From Flavobacteriales bacterium (GTDB lineage: Bacteria; Bacteroidota; Bacteroidia; Flavobacteriales_D; CAJJDF01), in assembly GCA_023255335.1 (NCBI GenBank), contig JALRIS010000141.1, positions 1 through 47,207 of the forward strand: a DNA stretch of 47,207 nucleotides, read 5' to 3'. How positions within the stretch are numbered: the first letter of the stretch is position 1; every line of letters starts with the position of its first letter. Below are positions 28,440-38,415 of this stretch, piece after piece. The notes beneath the pieces are model-generated. The model was not told the DNA's origin. It saw nothing but the letters and a program-made list of their open reading frames with translations, and searched no databases. Made by a program: the position numbers and the translations under genes.

Positions 28440-28898
28440 TCACAGGAGAAAGGATTGAATCAAAGCTAAACGCCTCAATTTAGGGGTTGGTGGCACTTCT
28501 TGATCACAATGAACAAGGTATTCACCGACATTGAAATCGACACCACTCATCTGAAAAGGATACGACACAAACAAGGGAATCACCACATCTAGCTCTGCAT
28601 TTGCTAGATTGAAATTTTGACTTACGTTCATTTCCGCCTCGCCCGATTTACAGCAATCACTTTGGTTTATTTCGGTAGTTTGTGAATCACATACCTTGTT
28701 GTGAGTTGCCTTACAACAAGAGTCTTCTTGAACATCTGATTTTTCGTGTTCGCAAATTAATTCTGACCCTGAAATACTCCAATCAACAATTTTTCCTTCG
28801 CAATAATGAAAATCGACCGAAAGCCCAGTGCTTGCTGTCAACATCCAAAATGACAAAAACAAAGAAAGTGTTTTTAATATGTAGGTATTTCTTATCAT
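28440..28898 (-). CDS. HYC_CC_PP-family Cys-rich secreted protein
   Basis: 152-aa ORF with a signal or anchor sequence. DFHYCEG, SCCKA, DCCKSG and EVPPTPK motifs. It ends 72 bp upstream of the HMA-TonB receptor on the same strand. Confidence 0.75.
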   Translation of the reverse strand: MIRNTYILKTLSLFLSFWMLTASTGLSVDFHYCEGKIVDWSISGSELICEHEKSDVQEDSCCKATHNKVCDSQTTEINQSDCCKSGEAEMNVSQNFNLANAELDVVIPLFVSYPFQMSGVDFNVGEYLVHCDQEVPPTPKLRRLALIQSFLL

Positions 28899-28963
28899 GA
28901 CGAAGGTAAAGTTAAGAAAAAAAACGAAACGAAATCCGAATCCTCTTTTTCTACAAAACCCTA

Positions 28964-29614
28964 TTACAACTCTACGAGATTGGACATAGTAACAACTGGA
29001 TCTTTTGCTCCAAATACATAACTCCCTGCTACCAATACATCTGCGCCAGCTTCTAGTAGTTTAGGTGCAGTTTCGGCATTTACGCCCCCGTCAATTTCAA
29101 TCAGCGCATTTGAATTAGAGTCTGAAATTAACTTTTTTAATTTCTTTACTTTGTTGTACGTGTTTTCAATAAACTTTTGACCTCCAAACCCTGGATTTAC
29201 TGACATCAAGCATACTAAATCGATATCAGCAATAATATCCTCGAGCAAAGAAATGTTAGTGTGTGGATTGAGAGCGACACCTGCCTTCATTCCTGCCGAA
29301 TGAATAGCCTGAACGGTGCGATGCAAATGATCACAAGCTTCAATATGGACTGTAAGAATCTCGGCACCATGATCAGCAAATTTCTGAATAAACTGATCAG
29401 GATTTACAATCATTAAATGAACATCGAGTGGCTTTTTGGCATGTTTTTGAATTTGTTTTAACACCGGAAAACCAAATGAAATATTTGGTACAAACACTCC
29501 ATCCATGATATCAATGTGGAACCACTGAGCTTTGCTTTGGTTTACCATTTCTACCTCAGATTGTAAATTTCCAAAATCTGCAGCTAAAATTGAAGGGGCA
29601 ATTAAATGTGACAT
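28964..29614 (-). CDS. rpe: Ribulose-phosphate 3-epimerase
   Basis: The ORF is 28964..29710. I prefer the internal ATG at 29614 (MSHLIAPSILAADFGNL...). HIDIMDGVFVPN, DVHLM and SVNPGFGGQKF motifs. Confidence 0.9.
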   Translation of the reverse strand: MSHLIAPSILAADFGNLQSEVEMVNQSKAQWFHIDIMDGVFVPNISFGFPVLKQIQKHAKKPLDVHLMIVNPDQFIQKFADHGAEILTVHIEACDHLHRTVQAIHSAGMKAGVALNPHTNISLLEDIIADIDLVCLMSVNPGFGGQKFIENTYNKVKKLKKLISDSNSNALIEIDGGVNAETAPKLLEAGADVLVAGSYVFGAKDPVVTMSNLVEL

Positions 29615-29720
29615 TCTATTTCTGTTTTGTAATAAGTAGGTAATTCGCCTGCTATTGTAAAGATTAGAATTACCTTTGTTTAATTCTTTACAAAAGTAAT
29701 CAAAATACACTGACTAAGCT

Positions 29721-31274
29721 ATGCAAAAAGAAATAGAAATTACGGTTGCTCCTCACAAAAACAATATTGAAAGCATCAAAAGAATAAGTGCTTCCACATT
29801 AAAAATAAATATTGATAGAATCAAAACGGTTCGTGTTGTGAAAAGATCAATTGACGCCCGAAGAGCGAAACCCTTTTTTCGATTACGGCTTCTTATTTTT
29901 ATTGACGAAAAAGCACCTAAAAATAATTTCGAACCAGAGTATTTCCAGGGAGAATTAGGGGACCAAGTAATCATTGTAGGGGCAGGTCCAGCAGGATTGT
30001 TTGCCGGCATTAGAGCACTTGAACTAGGATTAAAACCCATCATAGTAGACAGAGGCAAAGACGTAAAAAACAGAAGAAGAGATTTAGCGGCAATCAATAA
30101 AGAACATATTGTAAACCCCGAATCAAACTATTGTTTTGGAGAAGGTGGAGCCGGTACATACTCGGACGGAAAATTGTATACAAGATCTAAAAAAAGAGGA
30201 GATGTAAAGAAGATTCTAGAAACTTTGGTGGCTTTTGGAGCTGATACAGATATATTGGCAGACGCGCATCCCCATATTGGTACCAACAAACTTCCCCAAA
30301 TAATTGTCGCAATGCGTGAAGCAATTATTGCCCATGGTGGCGAAGTTCATTTTGAGAGTAAAATGACTGACCTTTTAATAAAGAATGGAGCGGTTGAGGG
30401 CATCGAAATCAATGAGTCTCGGAGGATAAAGGCCAAAAAAATCATTCTTGCAACTGGACATTCTGCCAGAGACATTTACTATTTATTAGAGAGAAAAAAG
30501 GTGGCTATTGAATTTAAACCTTTTGCATTGGGTGTAAGAGTGGAGCACCCACAGAATATGATTGATAAAATTCAATACAAAACAGAAGAACGAGGAGAAT
30601 TTTTACCACCCTCTTCTTATCAATTGGTATGCAACACAAAAGAACGTGGGGTATTTTCTTTTTGTATGTGCCCAGGAGGAATAGTAGCACCATGTGCCAC
30701 CTCACCAGGAGAAGTAGTGACAAATGGATGGTCACCTAGCAAACGAAATAATCCTTTTGCCAATTCAGGAATCGTGACAGAAGTAAAAGAAAGTGACGTG
30801 AGTGATTTTGCGCACGAAGGTGCATTAAAGGGACTGAAGTTTCAAGAAAAAATTGAAAAGAAATGCTGGGAAAAAGCAGGAAAAACTCAAGCTGTTCCGG
30901 CACAGCGTTTGGTAGATTTTATGCAAGACAGAAAATCAATAGATCTGCCAGCATCGAGCTATATACCGGGAATTACTTCTGTTGAATTAAAAGAAGTGTT
31001 GCCTGATTTTGTTATCAAAAACTTACGAAAAGCATTTCTAGAATTTGAATCAAAAATGAAGGGGTTTCTTACCAACGAAGCGGTTCTTCATGCTCCCGAA
31101 TCCAGAACCTCTTCCCCGGTTCGGATACCGAGAGACAAAGAAACATTTGAACATATCGAACTAAAAGGATTGTATCCCTGCGCGGAAGGTGCCGGATATG
31201 CTGGCGGAATCGTTTCCGCTGCCATTGACGGGCAAAAATGTATTGAAAAAATTATTGAGTATAAAGAGAAGTAA
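29721..31274 (+). CDS. NAD(P)/FAD-dependent oxidoreductase (COG2509-like)
   Basis: 517-aa ORF. Dinucleotide-binding VIIVGAGPAGLFAG, and GGAGTYSDGKL, typical of this uncharacterised FAD-dependent family. Confidence 0.8.
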   Translation: MQKEIEITVAPHKNNIESIKRISASTLKINIDRIKTVRVVKRSIDARRAKPFFRLRLLIFIDEKAPKNNFEPEYFQGELGDQVIIVGAGPAGLFAGIRALELGLKPIIVDRGKDVKNRRRDLAAINKEHIVNPESNYCFGEGGAGTYSDGKLYTRSKKRGDVKKILETLVAFGADTDILADAHPHIGTNKLPQIIVAMREAIIAHGGEVHFESKMTDLLIKNGAVEGIEINESRRIKAKKIILATGHSARDIYYLLERKKVAIEFKPFALGVRVEHPQNMIDKIQYKTEERGEFLPPSSYQLVCNTKERGVFSFCMCPGGIVAPCATSPGEVVTNGWSPSKRNNPFANSGIVTEVKESDVSDFAHEGALKGLKFQEKIEKKCWEKAGKTQAVPAQRLVDFMQDRKSIDLPASSYIPGITSVELKEVLPDFVIKNLRKAFLEFESKMKGFLTNEAVLHAPESRTSSPVRIPRDKETFEHIELKGLYPCAEGAGYAGGIVSAAIDGQKCIEKIIEYKEK

Positions 31275-31749
31275 CTGCCTCCAATCTTTCACGTAGACTT
31301 CCCTTTACGACTATATAAGTAAGGTTAAGCTTTTCTAGTTGGGCCTTGTAGAGTTCGAATAGCTCAAGTTGATTCTCCGGATTTTCGCGAAGTGGGTCTG
31401 GCTGCCACGGAAAATCTGGGTAACACAAGACGTACAGAAAATCCTTATTGGCCAAAAGGTGATTGTGTATCCAAGGATCGCATTGTCCGAACTTCACTTC
31501 GCTCCATATTTTTATGGTCAATAGATCGGTATCAAAACAAATCTCATTCCCGGTCTTTTTGGCTTCTTCCTGCCGTCTGAATTGTTCTTTTGCTATGGTC
31601 AACAAATCGGAATAGACATAGTTGCGACCGAGGCGCTCCAGAAACTCTCGAGCATACTCAGTCGTAAACATCAATCCAAAGTGCTTGGCGAGCAATTGCG
31701 AAAGGGTTGTTTTTCCTGATGATTCCGGACCAGTGATTACGTAATTCAT
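31252..31749 (-). CDS. AAA_28/NadR-type P-loop ATPase (nicotinamide riboside kinase-like)
   Basis: 165-aa ORF. ITGPESSGKTTL Walker A and a TEYAREF motif. Its 3' end overlaps the convergent FAD gene by 23 nt. Confidence 0.75.
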   Translation of the reverse strand: MNYVITGPESSGKTTLSQLLAKHFGLMFTTEYAREFLERLGRNYVYSDLLTIAKEQFRRQEEAKKTGNEICFDTDLLTIKIWSEVKFGQCDPWIHNHLLANKDFLYVLCYPDFPWQPDPLRENPENQLELFELYKAQLEKLNLTYIVVKGSLRERLEAVTSLYTQ

Positions 31750-31779
31750 TGAATCAAAATTAAGGCAAAATTAAGCAAT

Positions 31780-31813
31780 AAAAAAACCATTGACTTGAAG
31801 GAAGTCAATGGTT
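31780..31813 (-). terminator. Intrinsic terminator downstream of rpsU
   Basis: A 12-bp stem, AACCATTGACTT (31785-31796) pairing with AAGTCAATGGTT (31802-31813), with a 5-nt loop. It is followed on the minus strand by a T7 run. Confidence 0.8.
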
Positions 31814-31843
31814 TTATGCTGTAAAGAAGATAAAAACTAGTGT

Positions 31844-32035
31844 CTAGTTTTCGTCTCTAAATTTGTTTTCGATGTAAGCTGCCTTCAATCTAATTTTTCT
31901 ATTGGCAACAGAAGGTTTGATGTATTCCTTTCTACTTCTAAGTTGTCTTACAACTTTAGTTTTGTCATACTTCTTCTTGTAACGTTTTAACGCTCTTTCA
32001 ATGTTTTCTCCTTCTTTTACTTGTACTATTAACAT
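31844..32035 (-). CDS. rpsU: 30S ribosomal protein S21
   Basis: 63-aa basic ORF with the IERALKRYKKKYDKTKVVRQLR pattern typical of bS21. Confidence 0.92.
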   Translation of the reverse strand: MLIVQVKEGENIERALKRYKKKYDKTKVVRQLRSRKEYIKPSVANRKIRLKAAYIENKFRDEN

Positions 32036-32057
32036 ATCTTCTGTTTAATTTGGATTG

Positions 32058-32088
32058 CAAATGTATATATAACATTTTTGTTTCACAA
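32058..32088 (-). promoter_or_regulatory. Candidate Bacteroidota sigma-A promoter for rpsU (-33 GTTG, -7 TACATTTG)
   Basis: The minus strand reads TACATTTG at 32065..32058 and TTG at 32088..32086, 20 nt apart. The -7 box ends 22 nt before the ATG. Confidence 0.45.
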
Positions 32089-32137
32089 CATTATTAACTA
32101 CAATTTGTTTACTTTTTTTTCTGAAAATTGAAATTAA

Positions 32138-33277
32138 CTATTTTGTGATGTTTCTTGAGATTACTAATTGCTGAATTTGCGTAGTTCCCTCTCCTATGGT
32201 GCACAACTTCACATCTCTGTAGAATTTTTCTACTGGAAAATCTTTGGTGTATCCGTACCCTCCAAAAATCTGGACTGCGTCATTACAAATTTCGCAAGCT
32301 ATTTCGGAAGAATACATCTTTGCCATAGCTGATTCGGTCACTAGTTTTTCCCCTCTGTTTTTTAAGTCTGCTGCTTTTGCCAAAAGCAAGTCTGCCGCTT
32401 CAATTTTAGTTGCCATATCTGCCAATTTGAAAGCAATTGCTTGGAATTGAGAAATTGGTTTTCCAAACTGCTCTCTTTCTTTTGAATATTTCAAGGCCGC
32501 TTCGTAAGCACCTTTTGCGATACCAAGTGACAGTGCTCCTATCGAGATTCTTCCTCCATCCAGTACTTTCATCGCTTGAATAAATCCAGATCCCTCTTCT
32601 CCTATCATTTGGTCTTTATGCACTCGGCAATTATTGAAGATAAGCTCTGTTGTTTCAGAAGCTCTCATTCCTAGTTTGTTTTCTTTCTTTCCCGCAGAAA
32701 ATCCTTCCGTCCCTTTTTCTATGATAAAAGCACTCATCCCGTGAGAATCTCCTTTTTCACCAGTTCGTACAATTACTACCGCCACATCTCCCGATTTTCC
32801 ATGAGTAATAAAGTTTTTGGATCCATTGATTACCCAATAGTCTCCATCTTTCACGGCAGTAGTATTCATTCCTCCCGCATCCGAACCTGTTCCGGTTTCG
32901 GTCAATCCCCAAGCTCCTATCCATTCTGCCGAGGCCAGTTTTGGTAAGTATTTCTTTTTTTGCTCTTCACTTCCGTTGTAATAAATATGACCAGTACACA
33001 ACGAATTGTGCGCTGCTACTGACAATCCAATTGAACCACACACCTTCGAAATCTCAACAATGGCAGTAATGTAATCGTGGTAATTCATTCCAGAACCTCC
33101 GTATTCCTCTGGAATAAAAATTCCCATCAAACCGAGCTCGCCCAATTTTTTGAACAAAGGCACAGGAAACTCCTGCATTTCATCCCATTCCATGAAATGT
33201 GGTCGAATTTCTCTTTCGGCAAAATCTCTTGCCATTTCTCTCACCATTCTTTGGTTTTCTGATTCTGTAAAATTCAT
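32138..33277 (-). CDS. Acyl-CoA dehydrogenase (short/medium-chain type)
   Basis: 379-aa [37 protein letters not shown] and IGEGTTQIQ motifs. Confidence 0.9.
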   Translation of the reverse strand: MNFTESENQRMVREMARDFAEREIRPHFMEWDEMQEFPVPLFKKLGELGLMGIFIPEEYGGSGMNYHDYITAIVEISKVCGSIGLSVAAHNSLCTGHIYYNGSEEQKKKYLPKLASAEWIGAWGLTETGTGSDAGGMNTTAVKDGDYWVINGSKNFITHGKSGDVAVVIVRTGEKGDSHGMSAFIIEKGTEGFSAGKKENKLGMRASETTELIFNNCRVHKDQMIGEEGSGFIQAMKVLDGGRISIGALSLGIAKGAYEAALKYSKEREQFGKPISQFQAIAFKLADMATKIEAADLLLAKAADLKNRGEKLVTESAMAKMYSSEIACEICNDAVQIFGGYGYTKDFPVEKFYRDVKLCTIGEGTTQIQQLVISRNITK

Positions 33278-33291
33278 ATCTAACTCCTTAG

Positions 33292-33822
33292 TTAATAAGT
33301 TACTAAATTAATTATATTTTCGCTAAAATTGGCTAATCTTTCTTTTCCTTTCAAAAAACTTAACTCGATTACAAATCCAAACCCAGCTACAATTCCTCCT
33401 TGTTTTTTTACCAACTCCGAGGCAGCTATTGCAGTTCCTCCTGTAGCCAATAAATCATCGTGAATAAACACATTCCAATTTGGCTTGATAGAGTCCACAT
33501 GCATCTCAACAGTGGCACTGCCATATTCTAAATCGTAGGAATGCTGAATTGTATCAAAAGGCAACTTTCCCACTTTTCTTACCAGAACAAACGGAATGTT
33601 TAGCTCGAGTGCCAATGGCATTCCATAAATAAATCCTCGGCTCTCTACTCCCACGATTGCATCGATCTTCTTTCCTCTTAGTTGACGGGCAAATTCTTGC
33701 ACAATCTCTCTCGATAAAGACGGGTTTTCCACTACAGGAGCAATGTCCTTGAAGTGAATTCCTGGCTTCGGAAAATCAGGTACATTTCGTACGGTATTCT
33801 TTATTTTTTCTGAGAGTAACAC
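33292..33822 (-). CDS. apt: Adenine phosphoribosyltransferase
   Basis: 176-aa ORF with a GTG start. FPKPGIHFKDI, and the PRPP loop VFIHDDLLATGGTA. Confidence 0.9.
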   Translation of the reverse strand: MLLSEKIKNTVRNVPDFPKPGIHFKDIAPVVENPSLSREIVQEFARQLRGKKIDAIVGVESRGFIYGMPLALELNIPFVLVRKVGKLPFDTIQHSYDLEYGSATVEMHVDSIKPNWNVFIHDDLLATGGTAIAASELVKKQGGIVAGFGFVIELSFLKGKERLANFSENIINLVTY

Positions 33823-33825
33823 GTT

Positions 33826-34899
33826 TTATTCGATGGTTAAATATGGTGCAATTTTACGATAATGTTTAGGCTTTATCAAGTTAAACTCTTTAATTTGTTC
33901 GATCGAAGTAAATTTCCCGTGTTGTTCTCGGTAATTAATAATCAAACGAGTCTGAGAATAAGAAAAATACGGATGTTTTAACAGCTCCTTAAATCCAATT
34001 GTATTGACGTTTAATTTTACAATTTTTGATGAATTTGCCATGAATTGATGTCGGTATTGAACAAGCCACTCCTCATCGATCCCATACACTTCATTCAATT
34101 GATCTATCGACACAAACCCTCCAATTCTTTCCCTGTGATCGATAATACGGTCCGAAAACACATTCCCTATTCCTTTTGCAGTCATTAGTTCTTCTTTGCT
34201 GGCCGTGTTAAGGTCGATTTTACTGATCGTCTCTTCCTTCTGTGTTGATTCTGTTCTCGATTCCAACTCAATGAAATTGGATAATCTTTGGAACTCCTGA
34301 TCAGAAAGTCCATACACCTTCTTTACTTCGTTCTTGGTAGCGAAATCTCCTACCTTCTCTCGATAATTTATCCAAGTTTTAACTACCTTTTCCGACAATC
34401 CCAAAAGTCTCAAAGAGTCTTTAGAAATAGTATTGGGATTAAAATAAAACGGTTCTAGCAAGTGTGGCCGTTGTGGACTCTGGCTGGCTCCAACTTCATT
34501 TTTATTTCGCGGAATAGCTACGTAATGCTCTATGACTCCGTAGAGCGAATCGGTCATTGCGTACAGCTTTTTCAATTCGGTTTTGGACTCAAAAGGCTTG
34601 ACTTTTTTCCTGAAATTTATCAAATTCCAAGCTTGCTTCGAAGAAAAACCAAGTAGCATCAAACTGTCTTTAGAAATTGTATTTGGATTAAATGGAAAAA
34701 GCTGATTGACGGGCTGTTCTTCCGATATTTCTTGGGTGGTCAGTTTCTTTAGCGCCTCAGAATAATCCGTAGGCTCTGGAACAAAATAACGAGGAATCAG
34801 CCAATAAATGAAGCAGAGGATAAAAATAATAATCAAAAACATGAGAATTCCTTTTTTCTCGGAATGACTAAAAACGAAGTATTTATCAAAGAAATTCAT
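33826..34899 (-). CDS. Membrane-anchored protein with four ComEA-like helix-hairpin-helix modules
   Basis: 357-aa ORF with an N-terminal TM helix and four roughly 60-aa repeats. They begin FNPNTISKDSLMLLGFS..., FNPNTISKDSLRLLGLS..., LNTASKEELMTAKGIG... and VNTIGFKELLKHPYFS... Confidence 0.75.
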   Translation of the reverse strand: MNFFDKYFVFSHSEKKGILMFLIIIFILCFIYWLIPRYFVPEPTDYSEALKKLTTQEISEEQPVNQLFPFNPNTISKDSLMLLGFSSKQAWNLINFRKKVKPFESKTELKKLYAMTDSLYGVIEHYVAIPRNKNEVGASQSPQRPHLLEPFYFNPNTISKDSLRLLGLSEKVVKTWINYREKVGDFATKNEVKKVYGLSDQEFQRLSNFIELESRTESTQKEETISKIDLNTASKEELMTAKGIGNVFSDRIIDHRERIGGFVSIDQLNEVYGIDEEWLVQYRHQFMANSSKIVKLNVNTIGFKELLKHPYFSYSQTRLIINYREQHGKFTSIEQIKEFNLIKPKHYRKIAPYLTIE

Positions 34900-34946
34900 T
34901 CTTTAATTTACTTCATTTCTAGGAAAAAACCAAAAAAAATAGAGTC

Positions 34947-35660
34947 CTACCCTTTCAAAAACTCGAGATTTTCTGTGAGTATTTTCCTCACTCCTACATA
35001 AAAGAAACTCAATCCAATAATCATGAGAAGGTGAGAAAAATCATTTTTAGAAAACCATTGATGAAGATTTATTTTAAAAATAAAGATAAAGGCAGAAGGA
35101 AAAATGATAGCAATACCCACAAAGATACTTGCAAAAGCAGGAGAGAGTTTCTTTTTGAATTGATAACTAAAGATGCCGACCCCAATAAGCAGACCCAAAA
35201 TAGAATTGATGGCGATAGGCAAAAATAATAAAGAAGGTTTTTCCAAAACATTGACACTTGTCCAAATGGCGACAAAGACCAAATAAACAAGCAGTAACTT
35301 CATTTCATATAGCTTTTTTCCTTTCTTTATGAGCTTAGGATTCCAATGAGCTTCTAACATTGCGACCTCAATCCAATAAATTGCTAACGGAACCAACAAC
35401 CAGCCAATTAGCTTACCATAATAGTGGTAGTAATTATAAAACAAGTGACCAAATGCCGAGAAAAAGGTTGCTAATCCGTAAATTAAAAAGAATCGAAACC
35501 ATGCCATTGCGAACCTATTTCTTGTCCTTAGATCATTCATCTTGTGGGCAAAAAACATACTGAGGACTCCCATTACTAGGTCATAAATAAAATCCGTAGG
35601 GTCTGTTAATTTCAAGCCAAACAACAAAAAGTCATTCGGTGGCAAATCGATTCCAATCAT
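34947..35660 (-). CDS. Hypothetical 7-TM integral membrane protein
   Basis: 237-aa ORF with seven hydrophobic segments by eye. Polar residues sit at helix ends (TDFIYD, FGHLF, EAHWNP, DFSHLL). It starts 6 nt downstream of the AGCS gene. Confidence 0.65.
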   Translation of the reverse strand: MIGIDLPPNDFLLFGLKLTDPTDFIYDLVMGVLSMFFAHKMNDLRTRNRFAMAWFRFFLIYGLATFFSAFGHLFYNYYHYYGKLIGWLLVPLAIYWIEVAMLEAHWNPKLIKKGKKLYEMKLLLVYLVFVAIWTSVNVLEKPSLLFLPIAINSILGLLIGVGIFSYQFKKKLSPAFASIFVGIAIIFPSAFIFIFKINLHQWFSKNDFSHLLMIIGLSFFYVGVRKILTENLEFLKG

Positions 35661-35665
35661 TGTAT

Positions 35666-37450
35666 TTATGCTTTCATGGCTTTAATTTTACCCATGTATT
35701 TCTTCAACTCTTTCTTAACGTTTGGCGCAAGAATTACCAAACCAATCATGTTTGGCACTAGCATAGCGAAAATCATTGCATCGGAAAAATTAATGACTGA
35801 CCCTAAACTGGAGGCTGCTCCTACTATGACAAACAAACAAAAAAGTACTTTGTACACATTCCCTACAACTTTGCTTCTTCCGAACAAATAAGACCATGCT
35901 TGGTATCCGTAATAGGACCAAGAAATCATTGAAGAAAAAGCAAAAAGAATTACCGCCACTGCCAACACATTTGGAAACCAAGAAATAGTCTGAGCAAAAG
36001 CTGCTGAAGTTACCTCAACCCCTTTGGTTACCTCTACTCCATACTCAAATACATTCCCATTAATGTTGGAAATAACCAATACCAAAGAAGTCATGGTACA
36101 CACCACCACCGTATCAATAAATGGTTCTAGCAAGGCCACCAAACCTTCGCTTGATGGATTCTTGGTTTTTACTGCAGAATGAGCAATAGAGGCAGATCCA
36201 ATACCCGCTTCATTCGAGAAAGCAGCTCTCTTGAATCCTTGTACTAATACTACTCCAATGGCACCTCCGGCAATGGAATCCCATCCAAAAGCTCCACTTA
36301 TTATTTGCCCAAATGCTTCAGGTACTAAGTCATAATTCATGAAAATTACAGAAATTACTGCTAACGCATAGATCGCTACCATAAAAGGAACTATTTTGTC
36401 TGTTACCTTAGCTATTTTCTTAATTCCTCCAATAATTACGATTCCCACTAAAACCGACATGATAATTCCAAAAACTATCCCGTAACCATCAGCAAAACTG
36501 TCGGCTCCACCCGTTACATATCTAAACATTTCAAATGCTTGATTCACTTGAAACATGTTTCCCCCACCAAATGAACCCCCTATACACATCACAGCAAACA
36601 CCGCTGCCAAGACTTTTCCTACCGGTCCTGAAATTCCTTTTTTGAGGTAATACATGGGGCCTCCAAACACCGTTCCATCTGCACCAATTTCTCGATATTT
36701 TACTCCCAATGTACACTCCACAAATTTGGAGGACATTCCTAAAAGACCTGCCAAAATCATCCAAAAAGTAGCGCCTGGCCCTCCCAAAGAAAGTGCCACA
36801 GCAACTCCAGCTATATTACCTAATCCTACGGTAGCAGAAAGAGCAGCCGTAAGTGCTTGAAAGTGAGATACCTCTCCGTGATGATCTCCTTCCACCCTTA
36901 TTGTATCAGGATTATCGATTGTATCATCATCGCTTTTGGAACCCGGAAACACATTGGAAGATTTTACGGGCTTTTCGTCTTCCAAGCTGTCATATTTCCC
37001 TCGAACAATGTTTATGGATGTTTTGAATCCTCTTACATTTATAAAGCCGAAATAAATGGTAAAATAAAGCGCTCCTAGAATCAAAACGATCAATACCCAA
37101 GGAACATTCAATCCGGGCAAAAACTTAGGGGTTGTTGTTTCATCAATTTCTGAGGTAGGTATTCCTTGATTTATCAGCTCTGCGTAGGCAGGATTTTCAG
37201 CGGAATCGCTGAAAGGTATATTTGCAAAAACTCCATTTACAAACCAGCCTGTCGCTTCTCCAAAAGCTTTGTCAATCTTTTCATCCATTCCAAGCTCTCT
37301 TTTTTCCTCAGAGGTATTAGCCTCCGAGTCAAGAACCCCGCTGACTATTTCTTGCTTTTCTTGAACTATTTCGACCTCAGTCACAGAGTCTTGAGACCAA
37401 AAAAGAATGGGAAATAAGACGAATAGAATGAACAGATATCTTTTTGACAT
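35666..37450 (-). CDS. Alanine/glycine:cation symporter (AGCS) family transporter with N-terminal extension
   Basis: The ORF is 35666..37507. I prefer the ATG at 37450 ([10 protein letters not shown]...). [23 protein letters not shown] and [16 protein letters not shown] motifs. Confidence 0.88.
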   Translation of the reverse strand: MSKRYLFILFVLFPILFWSQDSVTEVEIVQEKQEIVSGVLDSEANTSEEKRELGMDEKIDKAFGEATGWFVNGVFANIPFSDSAENPAYAELINQGIPTSEIDETTTPKFLPGLNVPWVLIVLILGALYFTIYFGFINVRGFKTSINIVRGKYDSLEDEKPVKSSNVFPGSKSDDDTIDNPDTIRVEGDHHGEVSHFQALTAALSATVGLGNIAGVAVALSLGGPGATFWMILAGLLGMSSKFVECTLGVKYREIGADGTVFGGPMYYLKKGISGPVGKVLAAVFAVMCIGGSFGGGNMFQVNQAFEMFRYVTGGADSFADGYGIVFGIIMSVLVGIVIIGGIKKIAKVTDKIVPFMVAIYALAVISVIFMNYDLVPEAFGQIISGAFGWDSIAGGAIGVVLVQGFKRAAFSNEAGIGSASIAHSAVKTKNPSSEGLVALLEPFIDTVVVCTMTSLVLVISNINGNVFEYGVEVTKGVEVTSAAFAQTISWFPNVLAVAVILFAFSSMISWSYYGYQAWSYLFGRSKVVGNVYKVLFCLFVIVGAASSLGSVINFSDAMIFAMLVPNMIGLVILAPNVKKELKKYMGKIKAMKA

Positions 37451-37512
37451 AAAGTTATTTTTTTTTTGATGAACTTCAAATATAGAAAAAGTGCGAGTGC
37501 TTGCCAAATATT

Positions 37513-38415
37513 TTAAATCTGTTCAGCTAAAAAAGCAAGAGCCTCCTCCAAGGTAAGTGGCGAGTACCCTAATTCTTCTTTTGCTTTGTCTATTACAAAG
37601 CCAGTTTTGGGGGGGCGAGCAGCTGTTTGATTAAGTGTAGAGGTTTTGATAGGAGTCACGCAATCGGTAGACATCTTGTAAAACAATCCTATTCTTCTCA
37701 CAATTTCGAGAATACTCATAGTTTCGGGTCCTGACAAATGATAAATTCCCGTTGCATTTTTCTCCGCCATTAAAATACACCCTTTGGCTAAATCCTCTGC
37801 TAAAGTGGGTGCTCTAAACTGATCATCCACCACATTGATAGGAGTTTGTTTTTCGAGCGCTCCTTTGGCCCACAGAACCAAATTGCCTCGACTCAAATTA
37901 TCTCCAGTACCGAATACTATAATTGTTCGTGCAATAGCCGAGTTTTTATAATCACTCGTCAAAATCAACTCTTCTGAGGCTAATTTGGAGTGAGCATAAT
38001 GACTCAATGGATTAGGAACATCTGTTTCTTTGTAAGGTCCATTTTTCCCGTCAAATACAAAATCAGTCGATAAATGGATTAAATGAGATTGGTGTTTTAT
38101 GGATGCCTCCAACAAGTAATCTACAGCAGTCACATTGATCGCCCAACAACTTTCCTTCTGTTCTTCGCAGGCGTCTACGTTGGTCATTGCCGCAGTATTA
38201 ATCACTACATCTGGTTTGTACCTATTCATGATTTCCTCCACCTCTTTTTTTGAGGTTATATCCAGAGACTCATACAAAAAATCTTGCACCTTTCTCCGGT
38301 TATCGCCTTTCGAGGTTGCAATCAATTCAAAATCTTCGCGAGTCTTCAGTTGATTCACTATTTTTTGCCCCAACAAACCATTGGCTCCTGTGACCAAAAT
38401 TGACTTTTTACCCAT
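37513..38415 (-). CDS. RmlD-like SDR (dTDP-4-dehydrorhamnose reductase family)
   Basis: 300-aa [14 protein letters not shown] Rossmann motif, STDFVFDG and YAHSK catalytic contexts. Its start overlaps the K+ channel stop by 8 nt. Confidence 0.8.
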   Translation of the reverse strand: MGKKSILVTGANGLLGQKIVNQLKTREDFELIATSKGDNRRKVQDFLYESLDITSKKEVEEIMNRYKPDVVINTAAMTNVDACEEQKESCWAINVTAVDYLLEASIKHQSHLIHLSTDFVFDGKNGPYKETDVPNPLSHYAHSKLASEELILTSDYKNSAIARTIIVFGTGDNLSRGNLVLWAKGALEKQTPINVVDDQFRAPTLAEDLAKGCILMAEKNATGIYHLSGPETMSILEIVRRIGLFYKMSTDCVTPIKTSTLNQTAARPPKTGFVIDKAKEELGYSPLTLEEALAFLAEQI

